DNA from: Octopus sinensis
Taxonomy: Eukaryota
Length of the DNA: 64,000 nt
Direction: 5' to 3'
Assembly: GCF_006345805.1 (NCBI RefSeq)
Contig: NC_042999.1
Coordinates: 86,490,001-86,554,000 of the forward strand
Shown here: positions 11,828 through 25,489 of the stretch, in pieces
Layout: every line of letters starts with the position of its first letter
How positions within the stretch are numbered: position 1 is the stretch's first letter
Notes under the pieces: model-generated
Database searches by the model: none
Told to the model about the DNA's origin: nothing
Seen by the model: the letters and a program-made list of their open reading frames with translations, nothing else
Made by a program: the position numbers and the translations under genes

Positions 11828-13094
11828 ATGGAAATCCCTATCTCTTATTCACCTGTGTCAGGTGAAGAAAGCTCACCGGCGGTGTCGCCGAGAGCAGGAG
11901 AAGCCCCAGCCAAGAAGTTTTCAGAAGTGGCGGGCAAGAAACTAAAGAAGATAAACACAGAAAAAAGCAACCTGGAAAAGTATACATGTCTTAAAAAGGA
12001 AGGGACAGAAGTGACAGTAACACCGAACGTCAGCAAGATAGAGGAAGTCGAAAAAAGAATAATAATCTACAAGACATACAACACAACAATGAAATCCATT
12101 CAAAGAGTGGAAGAAAAGAAAATTGAGAGTTGCCTGAAGGCAATATGGCAGGAAATTACTTACCTGAATCGTGGAAGAAAATTCGGAACGGTAGAGGTGA
12201 GGTTTAGGACAGAAGAGATAGCTAAAAAGCTATCAGCTGAACCATTAAAAGCAGATGATATAGTCCTCCTCTCCCTGTACAGAGGCAGAAGGCCCTCTAA
12301 AATCAAAATCAACAACATTCCCCCAGAGGCACACGCCACATGCCTGGTGACGGAAGTCATGTTAGAACTGGAGGACAAGATCAATATCCTCCAGGCTACA
12401 GTAGAGGAGGAGGGGCATTGGAAAGGCCAATGCATTTCAATGGCAATACAAGCGGAAATACAGACTTTGGAAGAAATACCAGAGACGTTGAAAATCAACG
12501 AGGAGGAGAGAGTAATAGTTTTTGTGGAAGGCAGAAAGCTGAGGTGCTTCGGCTGCGGTAAAAAGGGGCACGTGAAAGCAGAGTGCCAACCTAAACCACA
12601 GGAAGCAGCACCGCCAGAAAAGGAAAAGGAAAAACCAGAAGCATCACCAGACAACTTAAAGAAAACACCAGAAAAAAACCAGAAAAATTAGAAACAACAG
12701 AAACAACAAGCTGCGAGGAAAAGGAAAAAGAGGAGGGGTGGTCAAAAATCACCAAGAAAAAACGAAAAACAGAAACCTCCCCTCAGAAATTGAGCCAAAA
12801 AAAAGAAAAGAAAACACGAACACATTTATGGCCATTAAGGCATCCAACAACAGATTAATTAACCGATTGGCAGCTATGTCAATGGTGAGGAAAGTTACAA
12901 AAACGAAAGACTTTATTATTTACAGAATAGGCCAGAAGGATTACGGACGGATAAAGTTCGAATTCTTTCATGACGTGGGCCCTCTGAGAATGGACTTATC
13001 ACCATATATATATACGAGGGCCTGCGTCAGACTCCCCCACGAGTCCGGGAAAAAATCAAAAGTAAAGAAGAAGAACAACAAGTCGAACCACTGA
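11828..13094 (+). pseudogene. Tx1-type ORF1 copy b, frameshifts in A-runs near 12675 and 12800
   Basis: RGRKFGTVEVR...YRGRRPSKIKINNIPPE...CFGCGKKGHVKAEC. A shifted frame gives EEGWSKITKKKRK, then track ORF 12738-13094. Confidence 0.85.
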
Positions 13095-13107
13095 TATAAG
13101 GTAAGTC

Positions 13108-15000
13108 ATGAATTGCATTTATGTTGGTTGTTTAAATGTGCGCGGCCTGGGATCAAGCTGGACGCAGGGTCGTTTCCTTAATGATATCAGGTCGCGTAAT
13201 TTGGATGTCATTGTTGCTACAGAAACCCGGTTAGAGGAGCCAAGAGGTCTGCTCCCGCTGTTTGAGGGCTACGAGAGTTTTTTCTCTCCGGCCAGTCCTA
13301 CCGGCGGGGATGGGGTGTTGGTCCTATTAAAAAGAAACCGGGTTTTTGAGAAAAGGTTAATTTTTTCAGATCCAAAAGGTAGGCTGGTCGTCATGGATTT
13401 GACGTTCAGTAACGGTAAAGTTATCAGACTGGTTGCAATTTACGCACCCAACCAAAAGGGGCAAAGTGATTATTTTCGAGAGCTGGAGAAGTTTCTTGGT
13501 ACTTCACATTCATTAGTTGTGCTAGGAGACTTTAACACAATTTGCAAGGCGGATGTGGATTGCGTTGGCTTGCGTCCAGATAGAAAAGGTAACATTGGCT
13601 TCCTGGAACTGCTAAGTCGCTTTGAGCTAGCAGATCCTTATAACTTGGAATTTCCGAACGCTCCATTGTCGACATGGTCAAGCAGCGACGGATCTTCCAG
13701 GTCATACGTAGATAGAATACTAATTAGAAAAGTAGACAGAGAAATAGCTAAGTGTCCACAGTTTTACCCGGTTAGCTACAGTGATCATAAAATGGTCACC
13801 TGTAAGCTTGACATAGATAAGGTTAATAATAGAGGCTCCGGTTATTGGAAACTAAATACATCCCTTTTGGCGATTAAGGAGTACAGAGACCGGATTAGGA
13901 CTATAATTCAGAGGGCGCTATCTGGTGCTATCATTAATAACAAATGGTGGTATGCCCTCAAGCGAGCCATCAAATTCGAGTCTATTAGATATAGCATAGG
14001 ATTAGTGGCTAGAGAGGCTAGGAGGGAATCAACTCTAGTTAAGGAATTAGAGGAAGCCACGAAAACTGGCTCTGCGGATAAGGTGACGGCCAAGAGACTG
14101 GCGTTAAACCAGCACCTCGAGGCCAAACACATGGGCTGCATTGTCAGGGCTAGGATCCGCGCAGTGGGTTGTGAGGGAATCAACGCCGCGAGATGTGCCC
14201 GAGTGGTGGAAGCTCAGCGTGGTAATGATGCCACAATTCGATCTTTGACGAACCAACAAGGTAAGTTGATAAACGAACCCGAGGAGATGTGTGAGGCTTT
14301 TCAGGAGCACTTCGCTCAGCTTTTCGGTGGGGGGCGGCGGACCGGATAGAAGGAGGGACCTTACGGACCTCCTCGACGGACTGCCACGCCTAACGGGGCG
14401 AGATGCGGAGGGCTGTGAAGGGCCAATCACGCCTGAAGAAGTGGCTGAGGCAATGGCGGACTGCGGCGCGGGAAAGGCGCCGGGTTTGGATGGTCTACCC
14501 TATGAGTTATATAAGAGTATACCAGACTTGTTCGGGCACCTACTGACGGAGGTCTATGCTAACTGGTAGCATAACTGGTTCATTCCCAGATCTGTGCGCC
14601 GGGGAGTAGTGACGCTTGTCAGAAAGGACCCAAACAAGGGGGAGTGCATTGATAATTTCAGGCCCATCACTCTGCTAAACACAGAGTTGAAGATTTTGGC
14701 CAAAGTGTTATCGAAAAGATTGGCGCGTGTCGCGGATGGTCTGATCGGGGAGGCACAGACATGTGCCGTTCCCGGCAGATCCATTCAGGATAATCTCCAT
14801 CTTATGCGGTACGCTATAGAGGGGTTTAATAGTGTCTCTGGCAAGGGTGGGGCACTGGTCCATTTAGACCAATCTAAAGCATTTGATAGGGTCGACCATC
14901 GCTACCTGGTGTCCGTTCTGGCACAGTTCGGACTGGGTCTTGGCTTCTTCATGTGGATTATTCAAATTTACGATAACAATCCTCATTACTAAATCAATGG
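13108..15000 (+). pseudogene. L1/Tx1 ORF2: APE endonuclease and N-terminal RT, truncated
   Basis: CLNVRGL..ETR..AIYAPN..VLGDFN..TW..SYVDRIL..SDHKMV..GYWKLN, then KAPGLDGLPYELY, NFRPITLLNTELKILAK, LDQSKAFDRVDH. Frameshift at a G-run near 14330, TAG at 14567, ends before the YxDD motif. Confidence 0.92.
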
Positions 15001-15131
15001 GGAAGTCGAATTGTCACCGTGTTATGCTGCCTTACTGGAATTTACCTGGAGAGACCCGTTAAAACTTTTCTGATACAGCTGCAGGTATGGAATAATACTC
15101 TCAATTGCCTCTTTGAATTTGCCTTTATATA

Positions 15132-15515
15132 TCTCTCTCTATATAAACGGCAGTTTGTCTGTGCGCGTTTCTGTGTGTCTGTTTGCTTGTACCCTCACCC
15201 TGACCACGGCTTTCAACCGATTCTGATGAAACTTGACACACACATAGCCCAATGTCATAATTCAAAACTAACGCAGCGAAAATTTTGAAAAGTTCCCCCA
15301 GTTTTGAAAAAAATCGATAAATTCGACATGGGGTCGACAATCAGAAACACGAACCACAAACTGTCTAGAGGACGCAACTCCACCTTTTTTAAATCTCAAA
15401 AAAAATTTACCATCATTTATTCCCATTTTTTTTCTATTTTTTGGCTATAACTCTCTAAAAATGCTTTATAGTTATTTCCCTTACAAACCTGAGCAACGCC
15501 GGGCGATACTGCTAG
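15132..15515 (+). mobile_element. Non-autonomous Helitron
   Basis: A|TC 5' end with TATATAAA and a (TG)-rich subterminal region. 3' end GAGCAACGCCGGG...CTAG|T, inserted between A and T. Confidence 0.8.
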
Positions 15516-15940
15516 TCTTATATATTTCAGGTTTATATTTCTATATGCTTATCATCAGAGTCTTAATATAAATATGTGGATATTCGAATGGAATAATACC
15601 TCATGTCTTACATCTGAATTATGAATTTGCTTTTCTGAATACTTTAAGACAAATATCTGAAATTTTTCTCGGATATCAAATTTATTAATCTTTAGCTAAT
15701 ATACGGGCGAAACAACAGTTGTACTAAATACTGAAGCTTTAATTCTATTAAAATTCTCGTATTATATATATGTACATATACATTCATACATACAAGTTCC
15801 ATTCTAGTAGTTTTCAAGAATATTACACCCTAATATCTCATCTTTTCAAACATTTTATGCCTAAGACATATATTTTCTATTCTGGTTTATATATACCTCT
15901 TTCTACTAATACTTCATATTTATATCTATATATATAAATA

Positions 15941-16082
15941 TAAGTAGCTTCCTTACGAACCACATGGTTCCGGGTTCAGTCCCACTGCGTGGCACCTTGG
16001 GCAAGTGTCTTCTACTATAGCCTCGGGCCGACCAAAGCTTTGTGAGTGGATTTGGAAGACGGATACTGGAAGAAGCCGGTCG

Positions 16083-16158
<76 letters not shown>

Positions 16159-16212
16159 TGTGTCAGTGTTTGTTCCCTCAATATCGCTTGACAACCGATG
16201 CTGGTGTGTTTA
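15941..16212 (+). mobile_element. SINE family A, 3'-truncated
   Basis: B box GGGTTCAGTCCC, CORE-like ACCTTGGGCAAGTG, internal (TA)n(TG)n. Confidence 0.85.
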
Positions 16213-16371
16213 ACACGCATATACATTCATGCACATACATATATGCAGAGGCATACATACATGCACATACATACATGCACATGCATGCATACACATGCAT
16301 ACACATACATACACATACATACACCAATACACATACACGCACACCAACACATATACATACATACATACATA

Positions 16372-18338
16372 ATGTTCGTCCTTCGGTTCGAAGATGACCA
16401 ACTGACATCATCTGATGGAACTGCCGCCATGAGACCGGAGGTGGCTGGTGAGGCCAATCCGGGCAAGGAAGCCCCTCCCACAGGTGGGGCAGCAGTGGGT
16501 AGGGGCCGTGCTACTGATGCAGGCGGCTCTGGCTTTACGCATCTGACGTTTCTGCTCCGCTGACCGAATCCGTCCCTCCTCGGCTGTCCCTGCTCCCACG
16601 GTGATTGCGCTGCGCCAGGATGAGCGGTTGGCAGCAAGTGTCTCCCAGGTCTCTGTTCCGATGGAGAAGTCTTTGAGAGAGACCTCGAGACTATCCTTGT
16701 AGCGCTTCTTCTGCCCTCCGACTTTGCGCCTGCCCTGGCCGAGTTCACCGTAGAAGAGCTGTTTTGGGATGCGAGTGTCGGACATGCGGGAGACGTGGCC
16801 CGCCCATCTCAGCTGGGCCTTGCGCATGATTGTGATGGTGCTAGGGAGATCTGCCTGCTTCAGAACTTCCGTGTCTGGGACTTTGTCCTGCCAGCGGATG
16901 TGAAGGAGGTTCCGAAGACACCTGAGATGGAAGTGGTTTATCTGGCGCTCGTGCCTTCGGTAAGCAGTCCACAGCCGTATAGTAGGGTGGTAAGCACGAC
17001 TGCCCGGTAGACTTTCAGCTTGGTGTTGAGGCTGATTCCTCTCCGCTCCCAGACTTTCTTTCGCAGTCTCCCAAACACGTTGCTTGCCTTGGAGATTCTG
17101 TTGGTGGTTTCAGCATCTATGTTGGCATTGCAGGAGAGAGTGCTGCCCAGGTAGGTGAAGTTTTCCACCACTCGTAGGATCCGTCCGTTCACCCTTATCT
17201 GAGGCTCATGGTATTGTTTGCCGGGGGCTGGCTGAAACATCACTTCGGTTTTCTTGGCACTGATGGTGAGACCGAAGTTGTCACAGGCTGATGAGAACCT
17301 GTCCATCTCGAGCTGCATCTCCTGCTCATCGATTGCATTAAGGTCGCAGTCGTCAGCAAAGAGAAAGTCTCTGACGACTGTCTCCCTCACCTTTGTGACA
17401 GCCTGCAATCTTCTGGAGTTGAAAAGTTTCCCGTCTGTCCTGTACTTGATGTCGATACCGGACTTGCAGTCCCTAAAGGCGTCGGACAGCATTGCCGAGA
17501 ACATGATGCTGAACAGTGTTGGGGCCAGGACACAGCCCTGCCTGACTCCGTTGGTCACCTGGAAGGCTTCAGATGAGTTGCCGTCTTCAAGGACTCTGGC
17601 TGTCATTCCGTCGTGGAACTGGCGGACAATTGCAATAAATTTGCTGGGGCAACCAAATTTTCCCATGACCTTCCATAGTCCCTCCCGACTGACTGTATCA
17701 AAGGCCTTGGTGAGGTCAACAAAGGTCATGCAGAGGTCAAGGTGCTGCTCCATGCATTTCTCCTGGAGCTGGCGGGCGGCGAATATCATGTCAGTGGTCC
17801 CTCGACCCGTGCGGAAGCCACACTGGCTCTCAGGAAGAAGGCCTTGCTCTAAGTGTTCCAGAAGGCGGTCAAGCAGGACCCGGGCCAGGATCTTGCCTGC
17901 TATGGACAAGAGGGAGATACCTCGGTAGTTGTCGCAGGACTGCCGATCTCCTTTCCGCTTATAAATGTAGACGATTGTTGCGTCCCGGAAATCTTGAGGG
18001 AGTTGTTCCCTGTCCCACATCGACTGGAACAGGCTGGTGAGCTGACTGATCATGGTGGGGCCGCCCGACTTGAACACCTCTGCAGGGAAGGCGTCAGAGC
18101 CTGGAGCTTTGCCGGTGGACATTTTTTTGATGGCTCTGTTCACTTCCTCGACTGCAGGGGGAACAGCCAACTCGTGGTTTGTCGGCACCTGGGGGAGTCG
18201 TGCGATGGCTTCCTCGTTGATCTGGGCTGGTCGGTTGAGCACGATGTTGAAATGCTCCGCCCATCTCTCCAGAATCAGCCTCTTGTTAGTCAGGAGTGAG
18301 GTTCCATCCGAGCTGAGGTGGGGGGTTGATCCTGCTCA
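16372..18338 (-). mobile_element. Young RTE (BovB-like) LINE, 5'-truncated, within (CATA)n
   Basis: RT ORF plus C-terminal region and a short 3' UTR ending GTCATCTTCGAACCGAAGGACGAAC. (CATA)n on both flanks. About 55% GC. Confidence 0.95.
16408..18330 (-). pseudogene. RTE ORF2 (RT and C-terminal CCHH-like motif), one inferred 7-bp deletion near 16975
   Basis: LERWAEHFN, KAPGSD, NYRGISLLS, QCGFR, FVDLTKAFD, GVRQGCVLAP, FLFADD, FTYLGS, LLYGC|(ET)WTAYRRH, LRWAGHV, CPTCGRGFLARIGLTSHLRSH. Confidence 0.93.
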
Positions 18339-18342
18339 TACA

Positions 18343-18376
<34 letters not shown>

Positions 18377-18600
18377 CATACATGTTTTTATGCTACTTGT
18401 CTTGTTTTTACATCTGTTCCTTTCATTGTTCGCAAAACAATTTCGTTTTCGATGTAATCCTATTTCATGTTTTCATTGCCTAAAACACTATAGCGTATGT
18501 GTGTTTGTGCAAGCCAAGCCAAGCCAAGCCGATCACTGTGGTGTCGTAGCCTTGGACAGTGAGCCCTATGGCGCCCAGAGCTTTGCCCATGACACTCCAT

Positions 18601-20300
<1,700 letters not shown>

Positions 20301-20302
<2 letters not shown>

Positions 20303-20473
20303 AAAAGATGGGCTGCCGAATAGTTTCTGCCAGTCATATTCACTCACTAGGCGTTGGTCTGGTCGAACTGAAATTATAGTAGAATACACTTGACCAAGGT
20401 ATCATGCAGAGGGACTGAACCGGCAACTTCGTGGGTTGTGAAGGGAAATACTTATTCATAGAGCACGCCTGCA
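20301..20473 (-). mobile_element. SINE family A, 5' half
   Basis: Reverse complement has GGTTCAGTCCC..ACCTTGGTCAAGTG. Confidence 0.7.
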
Positions 20474-20572
20474 CCATATGTATTTGCTTGTGTGAGTAAA
20501 TGTATGTATTAATAAATATATGTATGTGTGTGTGTATGTATAAATATATAAATATTTGCGTGAGTGTGTATA

Positions 20573-20634
<62 letters not shown>

Positions 20635-21411
20635 TGTATGCCTGTGTTGTATGTGAAAATGCAAGACATCCTCTCTTCAGGGCAAAGTCTCACATTATCA
20701 GTTGCTTCAACGCCATGGGAACCGAGATCAGTCCGGCCTATTGAACTTGAAGATCAAGACAGGCTTTAACCTCAGCACACACACACGCATTATACATGTA
20801 TCTGGTGGACGCGTCTGAAAGGATTAGAGACAAACACTTTCCTCTCTGGCCAATCTCATCAACTTCTTCATGTATCACTTGAAAAGGAAAGTGAGAGTAG
20901 AGAGGCAAGTTTTGTCTAGCGAATGTTTAAAAAAAAAGATGGGTGAATGTAGCAAGGATGGCAGGTATGAATGACGAAGCCACCTTGAGCATAATCCTAT
21001 AAACCCGGAAAAATTTAAAACTGAGAATTACTTACTTGCAAATAAATGTGTTAACATGTGATATTAATGACCGAGGTTACCGTGGTCTTTTCCATAGGCT
21101 TTTCTTTCCATGGATAAACCTTATCTGCTTCCCTCTTTTCACTTTACATCATGACATTTCTGTGATATACGATCCCTATTGATCGTTTTTTCTTTTCTTT
21201 TTTCTTTCTTTTTCTTTTTTTCCCTTTCTAAGATCCCTTTTGATCGAAAACCTACCTCAGTTTTTTTTCTCCCCAAAAAGAAGAGCTCTACTTTGTAATT
21301 TGTCCCGTCTGTGCCCAGTCCTCTGTGGCTGATAAAGAAACATATATTGAAATGAAAAATGTTAATATTCTTAAGTTATTACACCTGGAAAAGTACAGAA
21401 CAAGATTTCTA

Positions 21412-21451
21412 CAGTAGAATTTGCTTAATTCGACACGTCTAAATTCTACTG
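21412..21451. mobile_element. 40-bp Tigger/pogo-like mini-MITE
   Basis: TA|CAGTAGAATTT...AAATTCTACTG|TA: 11-bp TIRs with TA flanks. Confidence 0.7.
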
Positions 21452-21713
21452 TACTTAAAATATTGCATCCGAGAGTAACATTTAAAAAATTTACTATACT
21501 TTAAAACAAAAATTATAAAAAACATTACTGGGTTTTTCCAAAAATAATCCCGCCCGATTTTAAGCCCATGTGCTTATGCTCAGAAACTCTTTTCACGTAT
21601 AGCCCCAATAATTTTCTTTATTTTCAGGATCATTCAAGTCTGTATTTAAGCCCATGGGCTTATTTTTGCAAGGAGCAAAACTGAAATAAAATGGAATTAA
21701 TCTTTAAAAATGA

Positions 21714-21814
21714 CAGTAGAATTCGCCTAATTAGTCACCTCTAGGAGAAAATTGAAAGTGACAAATTAGGTGAAGTAATAAATTAGCCAAGAACGAATTA
21801 GTCTAATTCTACTG
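21714..21814. mobile_element. 101-bp Tigger/pogo-like MITE
   Basis: CAGTAGAATT...AATTCTACTG|TA. Confidence 0.7.
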
Positions 21815-22399
21815 TATTAATACTAACTAATAAATTTAATTATGATTTATTTGTCAGATTAAATTTTTTTTTGTATGGAAAAATTGACTGCACACATGGT
21901 TCATTTGAAACCCTTTAATGACCATTCTACTACAATCAATATTTGTTTTCTTTTGTAATGGGATTTCAATTCAAGTGAAAAAAAATCTAGTGCAATATTA
22001 TTTACAACTTCATATTTTATTGTTTGTACTTGATACAACTAAATAAAATGACTATTTTTAATTGTATATTTCAAAAGACATGGCTAAAAAAATTTTTTGC
22101 TTAAATTTATTTTTGATTATTTTTGTACCGTGTTTTTAAAGATTTACTTGTGTTTTAGATTCTCATAATAAATAAAATAAATAATCTCAAATTTACCAAA
22201 TGTAATGTATTTTAATTTTTAAAATGTTATTCTCGGCTACGATATTTTAAGTACTGTAAAAATTTCATATTAAGAACTTCTTAGTTTCTTTTAGAGGTGA
22301 CGAATTAAGCAAATTATAGTGCAGAAATCTTGTTCTGTACTTTTCCAGGTGTAATAATGTAAGAATATTAACATGCATGCACCCGCAGTTTTCAATGTA

Positions 22400-22695
22400 A
22401 TCCACTTTTTTCCCCAGGCAATGCAATAAAACTAATAAATATTCTTTTGTTGAAACATATTTCAATTAAATGAAACCTACCTGTGTATTTATTTCTTTTA
22501 AAATTAATTATTTTTTAGGATAATGAGAAATGTAATTATAATTGCAAAAAAAAATATTAGATCCTATATCTTCACTGTATATAAAATTTTGATATTGAAA
22601 CAAAGTACATAATACGAACGCGCCAAAAAAGCAAGTGCGAAAATTCATTATGAAAAATAATTGTCTATATAATATAGGCGGGCAATTTAAGCTAG
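22400..22695 (+). mobile_element. Possible Helitron 3' end
   Basis: Hairpin GTCTATAT-A-ATATAGGC, then GCGGGCAA..GCTAG|T. The 5' boundary is unclear. Confidence 0.4.
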
Positions 22696-23094
22696 TCTTG
22701 TACATACGTGCATATATATGTATGAGCGTTCGTATATGTAAGTATAACGTATGTTCTGTAAATATATATATATATATCTGTATTTATGTGTTTATCTGGT
22801 ATATTCAACTGACGAAGGCAGAGCTTCTCTTATGCAAAGTCAGAAATCCAAGATCTTGAATTATCCAGAAAAATCTTTTTTGCTAGTTTATTTTGTCTCT
22901 GTTCTCTCTCCTAGCGCTATATGAACATTTAATGTGGCTTTTGGGTCAGGGTTTTGACTGCTACTTCAGCATGGTGGTATCTCTTAGATACTCTAATTTA
23001 TAGTTTTAAAAAATTATGACCTTTGTATGGTATTTATTCCCATGCTGGCCACTTGATAAGATCGATATTAAATACCGATATTATCTTTATATAT

Positions 23095-23145
<51 letters not shown>

Positions 23146-23164
23146 GTTGTGTGTGTGTGTGTGT

Positions 23165-23208
<44 letters not shown>

Positions 23209-23407
23209 TATACTTCGTTTTTGTATCTGGTTTGCAATATTCTTTACGTAAATTCGTGTGTTGAAGCAAATTATGTTGTGTCTGGGGATAGTCATACTGT
23301 CTTAATGTGATAGTATCTAACACACTCACCGGTTCGATTTCCACTCATTTAATATTTATATTTTTCCTTCCAAATTTTCGTTGCTTTTGCAACCTTGTCA
23401 ATGGATA

Positions 23408-23560
23408 TCTTCTTATATATAAAATATATCTGTGTGTGTGTGTGTGTGTGTATTCACTTTGCATGTGAAAACGGCTGCATGAATTGGTTCCATACTTGGG
23501 GTGCATGAATTTGACTTCGGATACATAATAGGGTCTTCATTTTAGTTTTTTTTTTTTAAA
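23408..23560 (+). mobile_element. Possible Helitron 5' end fragment
   Basis: A|TCTTCTTATATATAAAA, (TG)n, then GAAAACGGCTG, similar in layout to the 15132 and 43052 starts. Confidence 0.4.
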
Positions 23561-24718
23561 TAAATAATATTGCTTTTTATATATAATTCACTTCTTTAAA
23601 AAGGTTTTTAAATGTCAACTTCTAGTATTGACGTGGCAACCTTTGCAGGTGAATTTTTCAGTTTTCATTTGCGAAATCTCTCGCTCTCTATTTTAATGGT
23701 TTCATTTCAACTTTTAATTCACTGTTTGCAAACAACTACGACAGAAATATTTATCAAGCAAGTGAGTTTTTTAAATATTGAAGTTTTCAAGAAAATTTGC
23801 TTTCTGAACTTCCTTTTATTATTGAATATTTCAAGCTCACAAATTTAAATATTAGGTACAAGACAGTTTTTAACGAGATTTTATTTATAGGATTTTTTTC
23901 CATTTCATGTTTATTTCATTCATTGTTTGCAATGTTCTCTCTCCTCATCTTTCTCTCTCTCTCTCTCACACACGCACACACACATATACTGTCTCTCTAA
24001 TATAAACACACACACACATACACTCCAGGTTTGATTTCGTTATTACACAAATATCACATTAGAATTTTGAAAGAAATATGGGCATTCTTTTGCTCGAACC
24101 CACACACTTCGGTAATTTCCGTAACATTTTTTTATTTATTCACTTTTTGCACGCCGTGTTCATCTCTATGTAGTTGTAGTCAGTCGCACACGTGTGTTTT
24201 TGTATGTACGTTTGTATACATTTATGTATGTGTGTGTGAGAGATAGAGATAGAGATAGAGAGACGGAGAAGAAGAGAGAGTGAGTGAAGGGGTGTGTTGT
24301 CAGGTATACGTATATACATAAATACATGTGCATACATCGTTTTTGCATGTATGCGTGAGTGTGTGTGATGTCTAAGTGGCACTCACTCTCTGTCTCTCTG
24401 TCTCTTTCTCTCTCACACACACGTCCATTTCATATACACGTATATACATCTTTCACTTTCTCTTCTCCTTCACTTTAAAACAAAAGTAAATAAATATGAA
24501 TCTTTTATGGAAATTAACGAACAAAACCAGCTGTTCATCTTGGCATTTCTGCGGGTTCAACCGTAAGAATGTCAAAATATGCGACTGGAAAAGAACATTT
24601 AGCAGCAAAGGCACGAAGGCAGACAATATCATCAAAATTATTAGAATTAGGAATCAAATGTGTAAAGATTATCAAGTGGTTAGCAGAAAAACCGGAGAGC
24701 GCTCTTTCTGCTAGTGAC

Positions 24719-24750
<32 letters not shown>

Positions 24751-24761
24751 TGTATGTATGT

Positions 24762-25140
24762 GTCAGGTCAGGTCACTTTCGAGTGCTACTGGTAACATGT
24801 AACCCAGTACAACCTGTTGCATGGTCGGGCCGTCGGCGTCTAAACCGGCAACCCCACTAAGCTTGCTTGGTGAGGAGGGTGTTTATTGGACACCCTGCGA
24901 GATGAAAAACAAAACCCGTGAAAGGGCGGAGGAGCTCTTAAGAGTCAACGGCCATCCAATAAATGTGTAATTTTTTTAGGCTTAAGGCTGTATCATGCGC
25001 GCTTAAACCATTGGGAGTGAAGGACTCCTAGCCTTTGTTAGGGCATCCTTCTAGGAGAAGGTAACTCAGGTAACTGGGATAACTCCGACATAAAACCTGC
25101 GGCTCAGTGGTTACCGATGACGTTGACTTGCTCTTCTTTT
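24762..25140 (+). mobile_element. RTE-type LINE 5'-UTR-like fragment
   Basis: Homologous to the copies at 2105 and 3055. Contains GGGAGTGAAGGACTCCTAGCCTTTGTTAGGGCATCCTTCTAGGAGAAGG. Starts right after (TATG)n. Confidence 0.6.
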
Positions 25141-25438
25141 CGGATTATGGTTGCTGTTGCTTTGTGAGTCGGATTGAGTCAGTGCACAGCCTTTTCTCAC
25201 TTAAAAAATCTTCTTGCACAAGCATTGCATGATAGCAACATTGCTCATGATTGTTGATAGTGCTGTGAGTCTCAACTGAATAGCTAGCTGTAGCCTTAAA
25301 AAGCAAATAAAAGTCACATTCGATCACAGCACCAATAACAGTTAAGCTTCATGCAATGGCCATACTCGATAACGAGGGGCAGCCATCATGTATGTATGTA
25401 TATATGTATGCATGTATGTATGTATGTATGTATGTATG

Positions 25439-25487
<49 letters not shown>

Positions 25488-25489
<2 letters not shown>

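Larger units (their letters stand above)
9600..15000 (+). mobile_element. L1/Tx1-clade locus: ORF1a, UTR-like spacer, ORF1b, 3'-truncated ORF2
   Basis: Two homologous zinc-knuckle ORF1s followed by an APE-RT ORF2 (see the individual features). Confidence 0.85.
21359..22374. mobile_element. Foldback/MITE-like element with long inverted arms
   Basis: 21359-21410 vs reverse complement of 22323-22374 is 50/52 identical. 21452-21491 vs reverse complement of 22214-22253 is about 35/40. Confidence 0.8.

Noticed and set aside
17254-18483. Plus-strand ORFs of 143-224 aa
   Set aside because: They are antisense shadows of the GC-rich RTE ORF.
21225-21265. CTAAGATCCCTTTTGATCGAAA as a hammerhead
   Set aside because: The core is incomplete and stems I and III are not convincing. 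At best a decayed pseudo-LTR.
23295-23345. ACCGGTTCGATTTCC region as a hammerhead
   Set aside because: Both CUGANGA and GAAA are corrupted.
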